Assembly: GCA_002269645.1 (NCBI GenBank)
Contig: NIVC01003897.1
Location: 1-38,444 of the forward strand
DNA length: 38,444 bases
Source: Macrostomum lignano
Taxonomy: Eukaryota
Direction: 5' to 3'
The notes under the pieces are model-generated. The model made no database searches and was not told the origin of the DNA. It saw only the letters and a program-made list of their open reading frames with translations. This document shows positions 1 to 12,500 of the stretch, in pieces (within the stretch, counting starts at the first letter, position 1; every line of letters starts with the position of its first letter). The position numbers were made by a program, and so were the translations under genes.

Positions 1-455
1 CAATAGCAAGCATTCCCCAGATAGCAAACATTCCCCAGATAGCAAGCATTCCCCAGATAGCAAGCATCCCTCAGATAGCAAGCATACCCAAATAGCAAGC
101 ATCCCTCAGATAGCAAGCATCCCTCAGATAGCAAGCATCCCCAGATAGCAAGCATCACTCAGATAGCAAGCATCCCTCAGATAGCAAGCATCCACCAGAT
201 AGCAAGCATCCCTCAGATAGCAAGCATCCCCAAATTGCAAGCATCGCCCAGATAGCAAGCATCCCCCAGAAAGCAAGCATCCTCCAAATAGCAAGCATCC
301 CCAGATAGCAAGCATCACTCAGATAGCAAGCATCCCTCAGATAGCAAGCATCCACCAGATAGCAAGCATCCCTCAGATAGCAAGCATCCCCAAATTGCAA
401 GCATCGCCCAGATAGCAAGCATCCCCAGAAGGCAAGCATCCCCCAAATAGCAACC
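1..455. repeat. Minisatellite, 17-18 bp unit CAGATAGCAAGCATCCC(T)
   Basis: ~26 copies, runs off the window start; ~160-bp higher-order duplication. Confidence 0.95.
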
Positions 456-564
456 ATCCACCAGACAAAAAGTAGCTAGAGCGACAATTTCCTTAGCTTT
501 ATAGTGGCTCCTTTAAATTGGCATGGCGCTTTATACCTTTACATTTGAAATTGTATATCTTGAA

Positions 565-2345
565 TGTTTGACATGGTGGCTCTTTTATGTTTGACATGGT
601 GGCTCTTTATTGTTCGACATGGTGGCTCTTGTATGTTCGACATGGTGGCTCTTTTAATGGTCGACATGGTGGCTCTTTAATGTTCTTCATGTTGGCTCTT
701 TTATGTTTGACATGCTGGCTTTTTTATGTTTGACATGGTGGCTCTTTTATGTTCGACATGGTGGCTCTTTTATGTTCTACATGGCTGCTCTTTTATGTTC
801 GACATGGTGGCTCTTGTATGTTCGACATGGTCGCTCTTTTGGGTTTGAAATGGTGGCTCTTTAATATTTGACAAGGTGGCCCTTTAATGTTTAACATGGT
901 GGCTCTTTAATTTTCGAAATGGTGGCTCCTTAATTTTCGAAATGGTGGCTCTTTTATGTTTGACATGGTGGCTCTTTAATGTTTGACATGGTGGCTCTTT
1001 AATGTTCGACATGGTGGCTCTTTAATGTTCTTAATGGTGTCTGTTTTATGTTCGACATGGTGGCTCTTTTATGTTCGACATGGTGGCTCTTTAATGTTCG
1101 ACATGGTGGCTCATTTAGGTTTGAAATGGTGGCTCTTTAATGTTTGACATTGTGGCTCTTTAATATTTGACAAGGTGGCTCTTTAATGTTCGACATGGTG
1201 GCTTCTTAATTTTCGAAATGGTGGCTCCTTAATTTTCGAAATGGTGGCTGCTTTATGTTTGACATGGTGGCTCTTTAATGTTTGACATGGTAACTCTTTA
1301 TGTTTGATATGGTGGCTCTTTTATGTTCGACATGGTGGCTCTTTAATGTTCGACATGGTGGCTCCTTTAGGTTTGAAATGGTGGCTCTTTAATGTTTGAC
1401 ATTGTGGTTCTTTTATGTTCGACATGGTGGCTCTTTTAGGTTTGACATGGTGACTCTTAAATGTTTGACATGGTGGCTCTTTAATGTTTCACATGGTGGC
1501 TCTTTAATATTTGACATAAAGTCACATATATGTTTGACATGGTGGCTCCTAAATGTTTGACATGGTGGCTCTTTAATGTTCGACATGGTGGCTCCTTAAT
1601 TTTCGAAATGGTGGCTCCTTAATTTTCGAAATGGTGGCTGCTTTATGTTTGACATGGTGGCTCTTTAATGTTTGACATGGTAACTCTTTTATGTTTGATA
1701 TGGTGGCTCTTTTATGTTCGACATGGTGGCTCTTTAATGTTCGACATGGTGGCTCCTTTAGGTTTGAAATGGTGGCTCTTTAATGTTTGACATTGTGGCT
1801 CTTTTATGTTCGACATGGTGGCTCTTTTAGGTTTGACATGGTGACTCTTAAATGTTTGACATGGTGGCTCTTTAATGTTTCACATGGTGGCTCTTTAATA
1901 TTTGACATAAAGTCACATATATGTTTGACATGGTGGCTTCTAAATGTTTGACATGGTGGCTCTTTATGTTTGACATGGTGGCTCTTTTATGTTCGACATG
2001 GTGGATCTTTTTTGTTCTACATGGTAACTCTTTTATGTTTGATACGGTGGCTTTTGAATGTCTGACATGTTGGCTCTTTTATGTTTGACATGGTGGCTCT
2101 TAATTGTTTGACATAGTGGCTCTTTAATGTTCAAAATGGTGGCTCTTTAATGTTCGAAATGGTGGCTCTTTAATGTTCGAAATGGTGGCTGTTTTATGTT
2201 TGACATGGTGGCTCTTTTATGTTTGACATGGTGGCTCTTTAATGTTCGACATGGTAGCTCTTTAATGTTCGACATGGTAGCTCTTTTATGTTTGACATGG
2301 TAACTCTTTTATGTTCGATATGTTGGCTCTTCTATGTTTGACATT
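565..2345. repeat. Minisatellite, 23 bp unit GACATGGTGGCTCTTTWATGTTY
   Basis: ~77 copies; ~390-bp block duplicated (markers at 1291/1681 and 1513/1904). Confidence 0.95.
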
Positions 2346-2394
2346 GCGCTTCTTTGATGTTTAGCAGTTTTGTTGTGTTTTTAAGGTGTTTTAA

Positions 2395-2480
2395 TAAAAA
2401 AATCTTTTTGCACTACTATGATTCGAACCCAGGTCGCTACATTAGCATTCCAGTCTGTTCGCATCAGGGCTATCTCTTTT
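2395..2480 (-). mobile_element. Possible tRNA-derived SINE head
   Basis: B-box GGTTCGAATC, a weak A-box-like TAGCCCTGATGCG ~35 nt upstream, and a T-run downstream; no complete cloverleaf. Confidence 0.3.
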
Positions 2481-2699
2481 CAATTGGAGAACATGAATTG
2501 TGGCCCTTATAATTCAATTCTTACAGCAAGTCAATTGGAGTAAAAAGTTATGACATAATCAATTTCTCAGTCAGCCAGTATCAGTCTCAATTTAAGTTAG
2601 CAATATGGTTACGCAATTTAAATCAAGTCGTGTGTGCATTTCTTCGGTACTGTTTTCAACTTGTTGTGATGCAATCTTTATCACAATCGGAATTCAGTC

Positions 2700-2960
2700 A
2701 GTCAGTTTTTTCTCTAGCATTCTTACAATGCATTTCAGGTCGAAAGAGCTGCTTGACCTTTGCAAAAAAGCATGTTTTTCGAATATTTAATCCCTTTAAA
2801 ATTGAGCAATTTCTTAGCCAAGATGCATGTACCGTCCCAGGAAAATTTCTGATCGAATAATGCAAGTTTGAAGAAAATCGGTTGAGCCATTTTTTCTGAA
2901 ATCTATCGCATACCTACCTACCTACCTACCCACAGACAACTCATTTTTAGTATATAGGAA
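2700..2960 (+). mobile_element. Possible DINE/Helentron-like non-autonomous element end
   Basis: ...AAGTTTGAAGAAAATCGGTTGAGCC...(TACC)n-ACAGAC...TTTTAGTATATAGGA resembles the microsatellite-bearing ends of DINE-1/Lep1-type elements; termini not established. Confidence 0.3.
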
Positions 2961-3449
2961 TTAATGCGACTGCACTAGCAATCGAGCCTGGGCTTGGAAT
3001 CAAACTGCGCCCGCTTGTTGCCATTGCAAGCCAGAGCTCTTAGATTCAAACTACTGAAATGCCAATGCTTAATTTGGCATCCAAGTCGGCCAAAAACAAT
3101 GCATAAAATTATCCCCATAAAGCTTCGCGTGACCTGTCTCCAAGTAAAGAAGACTCCGGTCACGGATTGAGTCTTATAAGCAGGCCATACTAGACAATAC
3201 TTTTATCACGAAGCCCATCAATGGCTGCTCTAGGCTCAGTTTCCATTCGGATGTCGCGTCTCCATCAAATAAGAAAACGCCCTGCGGGTGGGTCCGGATT
3301 GAGAGGATTAAATTACTCTTTTCTTGCTTCTAGCACATTAGAGAACGATATGAACAAGAGAACGCATATAAATGGACAATTCTTCAGTTTTTCTGTCACT
3401 TATTCAATTCAGTTGATGGTAATCATGAATAGTCAGCTCCTCATTTCCT

Positions 3450-4622
3450 GTTGTTGGGCCAGCCTCCCGGATCCTCAGTTGCTGGGCCAGCCTCCCAGAT
3501 CCTCAGTTGCTGGGCCAGCCTCCCAGATCCTCAGTTGCTGGGACAGCCCCCCAGATCCTCAGTTGCTGGGACAGCCCCCCCCCCCCAGATCCTCAGTTGC
3601 TGGGCCAGCCTCCCAGATCCTCAGTTGCTGGGCCAGCCTCCCAGATCCTCAGTTGCTGGGCCAGCCTCCCAGATCATTCAGTTGCTGGGACAGCGCCCCC
3701 CCCCCAGATCCTCAGTTGCTGGGCCAGCCTCCCAGATCCTCAGTTGCTGGACCAGCCTCCAAGCTCCTCAGTTGCTGGGCCAGCCTCCCAGATCCTCAGT
3801 TGCTGGGCAGCCAGCCTCCCAGATCCTCAGTTGCTGGATCAGCCTCCCAGATCCTCAGTTGCTGGGCCAGCCTCCCAGATCCTCAGTTGCTGGGCAGCCA
3901 GCCTCCCGGATCCTCAGTTGCTGGGCCAGCCTCCCAGATCCTCAGTTGCTGGATCAGCCTCCCAGATCCTCAGTTGCTGGATCAGCCTCCCAGATCCTCA
4001 GTTGCTGGGCCAGCCCCCCAGATCCTCAGTTGCTGGGCCAGCCTCCCAGATCCTCAGTTGCTGGGCCAGCCTCCCAGATCCTCAGTTGCTGGGACAGCCC
4101 CCCCAGATCCTCAGTTGCTGGGACAGCCCCCCCAGATCCTCAGTTGCTGGGCCAGCCTCCCAGATCCTCAGTTGCTGGGCCAGCCTCCCAGATCCTCAGT
4201 TGCTGGGCCAGCCTCCCAGATCATTCAGTTGCTGGGACAGCGCCCCCCCCCAGATCCTCAGTTGCTGGGCCAGCCTCCCAGATCCTCAGTTGCTGGGCCA
4301 GCCTCCCAGAGTGTCAGTTGCTGGGCCAGCCTCCTAGAGTGTCAGTTGCTGGGCCAGCCTCCCAGATCCTCAGTTGCTGGGCCAGCCTCCCAGATCCTCA
4401 GTTGCTGGATCAGCCTCCCGGATCCTCAGTTGCTGGGCCAGCCTCCCAGATCCTCAGTTGCTGGGCCAGCCTCCCAGAGTGTCAGTTGCTGGGCCAGCCT
4501 CCCAGAGTGTCAGTTGCTGGGCCAGCCTCCCAGATCCTCAGTTGCTGGGCCAGCCTCCCAGATCCTCAGTTGCTGGATCAGCCTCCCGGATCCTCAGTTG
4601 CTGGGCCAGCCTCCCAGATCCC
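3450..4622. repeat. Minisatellite, 28 bp unit CCTCAGTTGCTGGGCCAGCCTCCCAGAT
   Basis: ~41 copies with GGACAGCCCCC and AGAGTGTCAG variants. Confidence 0.95.
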
Positions 4623-5084
4623 AGTCTGTCTATAAAACACTAAGAGCTTCGCCGCTTTGAAACAGCAATACTCCATCGACTTAACTCATAAGAAGTCTTC
4701 TCAATGAAATGAGTTAAACAAAAGCGTACATAACTGCTTATTTCATTGCAAACGGGTAGATGGGAATTATTCAATTAGCAGAGAAAACAGCTGCTATAGG
4801 TGTAATTAAAAGTACAAGTAATGTAGAAAACAATTATATAAGTACAAAAGACGAAGTGGGGGCAGGTGATAATTAAGAATGAGCACATGCTTGAGTAGGG
4901 CTGAGCAGTGCAGCATACACAAAAAAGACTTGAAGAAAACCGGTTTAAACTGGTTTCAGGTACAGCACGTGGATTACAATAGTAGATGGGCACTGACTTT
5001 TGGGATAAAAAATGCCAACATTCATAACTGTTATTATTTAAATTTACTCTTTTCGTAATATTCAATCTAAAGTTTATCCAACAT

Positions 5085-6272
5085 TTAAATCCCTAAACTA
5101 CCTTACCTTAACTTGAATACCTAAACTACCTTACCTAAACTCGAATCCCTAAACTACCTGAACTCGAATCCCAAAACTATCTGAACTCGAATCCCTAAAC
5201 TCGAATCCCAAAACTACCTGAACACGAATCCCAAAACTACCTAAACTCGAATCCCTAAACTCGAATCCCAAAACTACCTGAACTCGAATCCCAAAACTAC
5301 CTAAACTCGAATCCCAAAACTACCTGAACTCGAATCCCAAAACTACCTGAACTCGAATCCCTAAACTACCTGAACTCGAATCCCTAAACTACCTGAACTC
5401 GAATCCCAAAACTACTTGAACTCGAATCCCAAAACTACCTGAACTCGAATCCCTAAACTACCTAAACTCGAATCCCAAAACTACCTGAACTCGAATCCCA
5501 AAACTACCTGAACTCGAATCCCTAAACTCGAATCCCAAAACTACCTGAACTCGAATCCCTAAACTCGAATCCCAAAACTACCTGAACTCGAATCCCTAAA
5601 CTCGAATCCCAAAACTACCTGAACTCGAATCCCAAAACTACCTAAACTCGAATCCCTAAACTCGAATCCCAAAACTACCTGAACTCGAATCCCAAAACTA
5701 CCTGAACTCGAATCCCAAAACTACCTAAACTCGAATCCCAAAACTACCTAAACTCGAATCCCAAAACTACCTGAACTCGAATCCCTAAACTACCTGAACT
5801 CGAATCCCTAAACTACCTGAACTCGAATCCCTAAACTACCTGAACTCGAATCCCTAAACTACCTGAACTCTAATCCCTAAACTACCTGAACTCGAATCCC
5901 TAAACTACCTGAACTCGAATCCCTAAACTACCTGAACTCTAATCCCTAAACTACCTGAACTCGAATCCCTAAACTACCTGAACTCGAATCCCAAAACTAC
6001 CTGAACTCGAATCCCTAAACTACCTGAACTCGAATCCCAAAACTACTTGAACTCGAATCCCAAAACTACCTGAACTCGAATCCCTAAACTACCTGAACTC
6101 GAATCCCTAAACTACCTGAACTCTAATCCCTAAACTACCTGAACTCGAATCCCTAAACTACCTGAACTCTAATCCCTAAACTACCTGAACTCGAATCCCA
6201 AAACTACCTAAACTCGAATCCCAAAACTACCTGAACTCGAATCCCAAAACTACCTGAACTCGAATCCCGAAA
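5085..6272. repeat. Minisatellite, 23 bp unit AACTCGAATCCCWAAACTACCTG
   Basis: ~50 copies, with interspersed 14-bp truncated units. Confidence 0.95.
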
Positions 6273-6282
6273 CCGCTAGCAT

Positions 6283-6288
6283 TTTATT
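6283..6288 (-). terminator. Putative SMC2 polyadenylation signal AATAAA
   Basis: AATAAA on the minus strand ~300 nt after the stop codon, immediately before the 23-mer array; not verifiable without transcripts. Confidence 0.4.
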
Positions 6289-6590
6289 GGCAGAAACTAG
6301 AAGCAGATTATGCAGCTCATAGTAAGGAAATAGCAGATCCCGAGCTACAGTTTTAGGATTAAGAATTGAAAATCCCAAAAAGGTCTAATTAGATTGGATA
6401 ATACAAGTTGGAAATGCCTTATGCCTAGGCGTAGAAAAATAAAATGCAATGCAATAGAGATGCAACAACAGTACAGGGACAAATGAGATAAATATGCAAG
6501 CCTATAAAAGCATAAAATTGAATAACTAAATGTATAATTATAAAAAATATTCGCGCAAACTTGAGTGATTTTGACAGCTTTAAAACCGCT

Positions 6591-7010
6591 TCACTTGTCC
6601 CTGGTGTGCCTGGTGACCGTGGACACCCCATCCACCAGCTTAGTCTTGAACAGCACGTTGGCATTGTTGAACATGCCGTCCTTGAGCGAGACTACAATAA
6701 ACTGAGACTGGCCGAAGTTCTCCTTAATCAGCTGGCCAATGTTCTGGGTGTGGCTCAGGTCAAGGGCGGCGTCGACTTCGTCAAGGATGTAAATTGGCGC
6801 CGGCTTGAACAGCAGCAGGGCCAGGATGAGCGACAGGGCCACCAGGGAGCGCTGGCCGCCGCTCAGCTCGCTTAGCGACTCCTTCCACTGCTGGCCGAAC
6901 CCGATGCGAAACTCGATGCCCTCCAGCACCGACCGGCCCGCGGAGGGCACCAGCTTGGCGTTGGCGCCTGGCAGCATGGTGGAGAACAGCTTGCCGAAGT
7001 CTGCGTTCAC
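6591..7010 (-). CDS. SMC2: SMC2 exon 12 (C-terminal ATPase half; stop)
   Basis: [15 protein letters not shown]...[36 protein letters not shown]...TRDK, then TGA. Confidence 0.96.
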   Translation of the reverse strand: MNADFGKLFSTMLPGANAKLVPSAGRSVLEGIEFRIGFGQQWKESLSELSGGQRSLVALSLILALLLFKPAPIYILDEVDAALDLSHTQNIGQLIKENFGQSQFIVVSLKDGMFNNANVLFKTKLVDGVSTVTRHTRDK

Positions 7011-9322
7011 CTGCGGCAGTGCATGAATTGGCTGGCGTTCAACAGCTGGAGAGCTGGGATGGAGTTGGGGATGAATGGGGAGCTGGGATGGATATGAGGA
7101 TAAAATGAGGAGCTGGGGCGGGGATGGGGATAAAATGGGAAGCTGGGACGGGAATGAGGATAAAATGAGGAGCTGGGGCGGGGATGGGGATAAATTGGGA
7201 AGCTGATACGGGAATGAGGATAAAATGGGAAGCTGGGACGGGGATGGGGATAAAATAGGAAGCTGGGCGGGGATGGGGATAAGATGGAGAGCTGGGGCGG
7301 GGATGAGGATAAAATGGGGAGCTGGACGGCGATGGGGATAATGCGGGGCTAAGATGGATATGAGGATAAAATGGGGAGCTGGGGCGGGGATGGGGATAAA
7401 ATGGAGAGCTGGAGCGGGGATGAGGATAAAATGGGAAGCTGGGACGGGAATGAGAATAAAATGGGAAGCTGGGACGGGGATGGGATAAAATGGGAAGCTG
7501 GGACGGGAATGAGGATAAAATGGGAAGCTGGGGCGGGAATGAGGATAAAATGGGAAGCTGGGGCGGGGATGGGGATAAAATGGGAAGCTGGGACGGGGAT
7601 GGGGATAAAATGGGAAGCTGGGACGGGGATGGGGATAAAATGGGAAGCTGGGACGGGAATGGGGATAAAATGGGAAGCTGGGACGGGAATGGGGATAAAA
7701 TGGGAAGCTGGGACGGGAATGGGGATAAAATGGGAAGCTGGGACGGGAATGAGGATAAAATGGGAAGCTGGGACGGGGATGGGGATAAAATGGGGAGCTA
7801 GGATGAATATGAGGATACACTGAGGATATGGGGTGGAGATGGGGATAAAATGGGGAGTTCGGATGGGTATGTAATAAAATAGAAAGCGACTCAAACCTTT
7901 TTGTAAGCAGTCATCAGAGCTTCATTTTTCTTCTTGTCCAGCTCGTCAATAATGCCCTGTATCTTGGCCTTGTCAGTCAGCACAATGTCCCGCTTGCCAA
8001 CCAGATCAGCGTATTGCTGCTCGGCAGTGGTCAGCATGTTCATGGCTCGCATGTTCACAGACTTGCCCAATCGCTCCTTGCGTTCCTCCAGCTTGGTTAG
8101 CCGGGCTCGCTGCTCCTTGGGATTGTTGCCCTGCGATGGGTGCGGTTGGGGAAATAGCGGGGCTTTAGTAGCAGAATCTGCCATCTGACCCTGAAGTAGC
8201 CGAATCTGCCATCTGACCCTGAAGTAGCCGAATCTGCCATCTGACCTGAAGTAGCCGAATCTGCCATCTGATCCTGAAGTAGCAAAATCTGCCATCTGAT
8301 CCTGAAGTAGCCGAATCTGCCATCTGATCCTGAAGTAGTTTAACTTGTCACCTGAGGCTACCATCTGAACCGGCAATCCGGCACTTACCCTGGTAACTAT
8401 CTGAATCTGCCAATTATGAAGAATCAGGGATTAAAGATTGGGAAGATTCATGGTTAAGAAGATTGGGAAGAATTCGGGATTAAAGATTGGGAAGAATCTG
8501 GGATTAAAGATCGGGAAGAATCTGGGATTTGAAGATCGGGAAGAATCTGGGATTTGAAGATTGGGAAGAATCTGGGATTTAAAGATTGGGAAGATTCATG
8601 GTTAAGAAGATTGGGAAGAATTCGGGATTAAAGATTGGGAAGAATCTGGGATTAAAGATCGGGAAGAATCTGGGATTTGAAGATCGGGAAGAATCTGGGA
8701 TTTGAAGATCGGGAAGAATCTGGGATTTGAAGATCGGGAAGAATCTGGGATTTGAAGATAGGAAAGAATCTGGGATTAAAGATTGGGAAGAATTCGGGAT
8801 TTAAAGATTGGGAAGAATCTGGGATATGGAGATATGCGGAGACTAGGATTTGAAGGCCCGTGAATCCATGCACTTGTCGATCGGTCTCACCTGGAAGTCG
8901 AAATGACCGCCGGGCTGATTAAAGTGCCGCTTCTCCGACTCGATCCACGGGTGAGAGGCGAGCAGCTCGTTGACTTTGTGCTGCGCATCCGCTGCCTCCT
9001 TGGCCTGGTCGGCCAGCTGGTGCTGCAGGTTGGCCAGCCGCAGCTCTCGCTGGCTGACCTCCGACTGCAGCGCCTTCGCCTGCTCCTCCAGATCCCGGAT
9101 AGCCTGATTGCGGGCCTTGATCTCGGCCCGTTTCTCTTCCAGCTGCCGCTTTGCCTCATCCAGGGCCTGCTTGAGCGCCTCCGCCTCGGCCTGGGGATCC
9201 AGGGGTTGTTATAGAGTTAATTAGAGAGATTAGAGAGCTTCCGGAGTACTCAAAGCGCTTAAGCTTCGATAGATCAGACGAGTATGGCAGGACAATACAC
9301 TGCACAAAATAAATAGATAGCG

Positions 9323-9354
<32 letters not shown>

Positions 9355-9451
9355 GGCAGACAGACAGACAGACACAGGCAGGCAGGCAGGCAGGCAGACA
9401 GACAGACAGACAGACAGACGGAAAGACAGACAGACAGACAGACAGACGGAA

Positions 9452-9508
<57 letters not shown>

Positions 9509-12500
9509 CACTAGCAAGCGACTCACCCGCTTCTCCTGAACCTCTCCAGAGCGGGCCTCGACGGACTCCTTGGCGGCGGCGATTTGCTCTTCGAGGCTGG
9601 CGGCCTCCTTGCGCAACTCCTCGATCTCCAGCTGCAGGGTGTCGTGCTGCGGCTGCCAGTTTTCCACATCGGCTCGTCGCGCCTCCCGTTCGTGTTGGGC
9701 CTTGGCTATGCGAGCCTGGAGGGGGGCGATTGGGGTTCAAATTGAACCACTTTGAATTCAAGTCCCGATGCAAATAATGGGAGTAGAGCCCACGTAGAGC
9801 TTGATTGTTAGATTAACAATCCATTGTATTCCTTCATCATTGATGTAGGCTAGATTAGCAACCCATTCTATTCCTTCATCATTGATGTAGGCTAGATAGC
9901 AATCCATTCTATTCTTTCATCATTGATTTAGGATAGATTAGCAATCCATTCCATTCTTTCATCATTGATTTAGGATAGATTAGCAATCCATTCTATTCTT
10001 TCATCATTGATGTAGGCTAGATTAGCAATCCATTCTATTCTTTCATCATTGATGTAGGCTAGATTAGCAATCCATTCTATTCCCTCATTTATTGATGTAG
10101 GCTAGATTAGCAATCCATTCTATTCCTTCATCATTAATGTAGGCTAGATTAGCAATCCATTCTATTCTATCACTGATGTGGGCTAGATTAGCAGCCCATT
10201 CTCTTTCTTCATCATCATCTTTGAGATTCCTTTTTTCATCTCCTATTGGCTAGACTAGCATTCTCACCTGCGCCGCCTTCATCTCTCGCTCCTGCACAGC
10301 GGCGGCATCCTTGACCTGCTCGGCCAGACTGGCCTCCCGTTCGCGCAGCCGCTTCAAGGCGGCGTTGGCCTCGGCTGCTGCAGTCTGCTCGCTGTCCAGC
10401 TCAGCCTGCAGCTCCTCCAGGTGCTTGGCCAGCTGCTGGTGATCCGTGTTGCCAATTCGCTGCTCCAGCAGAGCCAGCTCGTGCCGCTTCTGGTCCAAGT
10501 CCTGCCGCAGCTGCTGGTAGCGGCCGGCCGAGGCCTCCGCCTGCCTGACCGATTCGGCCACTTCGGCCAGCTGTCGCCGCGTCGCCTCGGCGCGCTCCCG
10601 CAGCTGGCGCAGCTTGGCGGCTTTCAGCAGCGTCGGCTCGCGGCTGCCGCGAAAACCGCCGGAGAGAGTGCCCTCGGGGCTGTACACCTCGCCCTCCAGG
10701 GTCACCGCCCGGCGGCGGATGTCCCGATGGAAGGCCACCTGCGGGTGAGGATGGCCATGATCCCTTCAGGCTTTAGATCATTTAGATGGCGCAGTATGAG
10801 GATCTGGGAGGGTCAAAGAGATGCCCTGTATGAGAGTCTCATAGAGATGACCCTAATGACGATCTGGGAGGTCATAGAGATGACCCTAATGACGATCTGG
10901 TAGGTCATAGAGATGACCCTAATGACGATCTGGGAGGTCATAGAGATGACCCTAATGACGATCTGGGAGGTCATAGAGATGACCCTAATGACGATCTGGG
11001 AGGTCATAGAGATGACCCTAATGACGATCTGGGAGGTCATAGAGATGACCCTAATGACGATCTGGGAGGTCATAGAGATGACCCTAATGACGATCTGGGA
11101 GGTCATAGAGATGACCCTAATGACGATCTGGGAGGTCATAGAGATGACCCTAATGACGATCTGGGAGGTCATAGAGATGACCCTAATGACGATCTGGGAG
11201 GTCATATGACCCTAATGACGATCTGGGAGGTCATAGAGATGACCTTAATGACGATCTGGGAGGTCATAGAGATGACCTTAACGACCTTCTGGGAGGTCAT
11301 AGAGATGACCTTAACGACTTTCTGGGAGGTCATAGAGATGACCTTAAAGACTTTCTGGGAGGTCGTAAAGATGACCTTAATGACGATCTGGGAGGTCATA
11401 GAGGTGACCTAAATGGCGATCTAAGAGGATCAGAGATAACCTCAACAGTATGAGAAAAGACCATAGACATAAACCCAGGAAACGCACCTTCCTGCCGGCC
11501 TCATCATCCTGCACCACAAAGCTGGCGCCGAACACAAACTGAGCGGCGGCCTCAACGGATTTGTCCCGCCTAACCAGATCCAGGGCCGGATAAGCTCGGC
11601 CTTGTCCGGCCACCTGGACAGCCAAATCGGCCTGGTGTTTAGGCAGGCACCTGGCCGAGATCTTATTCAACGGTATAAACGTTGTCTTCTGCCTGAGCTG
11701 GCCCCGCTGCAGCAGCAGCTTGGCCGTGGCCTCGGTGTCGACCACAACGTTGAACAGCTTGGCGCCGGCGGTGACCTCAAGGGCCACGGCGAATTTCTCG
11801 TCAACAGCTTCGAGCAGCTGGCATACGGGTCCGAGCACGCGGCGGCGATCGAACCGCGGCTCTGGGTCCGTGTAGTCGAATCCCAGCCGGGGATTAGCGG
11901 ATTGGAATTCCTCCAGATGGCGGCCCGTCTCATGCAGCTCGCGTTGCAGGGCCGACTGGCGCTCGAGCAGTCGCTGCTCGGCGGCCTCGTCGAAGCCGGT
12001 CTCGGCCAGCTGCTTCTGCGGGGGGGGGAGGGCGAGTCACCGCGGTGACGGCTAGCCGCCTGCCTGACTGTCACTCTTCTATCGAATATCTGCCACTCTT
12101 CTATGCACTGCCTGTCACTCTTCTATACACTGCCTGTCACTCTTCTATCGAATATCCGTCACTCTTATATTAACTGCCTGTCAGTCTACTATGTACTGCC
12201 TGTCACTCTTCTATTAACTGCCTGTCACTCTTCTATTAACTGCCTGTCAGTCTACTATGTACTGCCTGTCACTCTTCTATTAACTGCCTGTCAGTCTACT
12301 ATGTACTGCCTGTCACTCTTCTATGCACTGCCTGTCACTTTTCTATTAACTGCCTGTCAGTCTACTATGTACTGCCTGTCACTCTTCTATGCACTGCCTG
12401 TCACTCTTCTATTAACTGCCTGTCAGTCTACTATGTACTGCCTGTCACTCTTCTATGCACTGCCTGTCAATCTATAAATTTTGTCACTTTTCTACTGAAT

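Noticed and set aside
2395-2480. Functional tRNA gene
   Set aside because: A B-box is present, but no acceptor stem or complete cloverleaf could be built.
5085-6272. Telomeric repeat (CCCTAAA = TTTAGGG)
   Set aside because: CCCTAAA occurs only once per 23-mer, alternating with CCCAAAA, and never in tandem.
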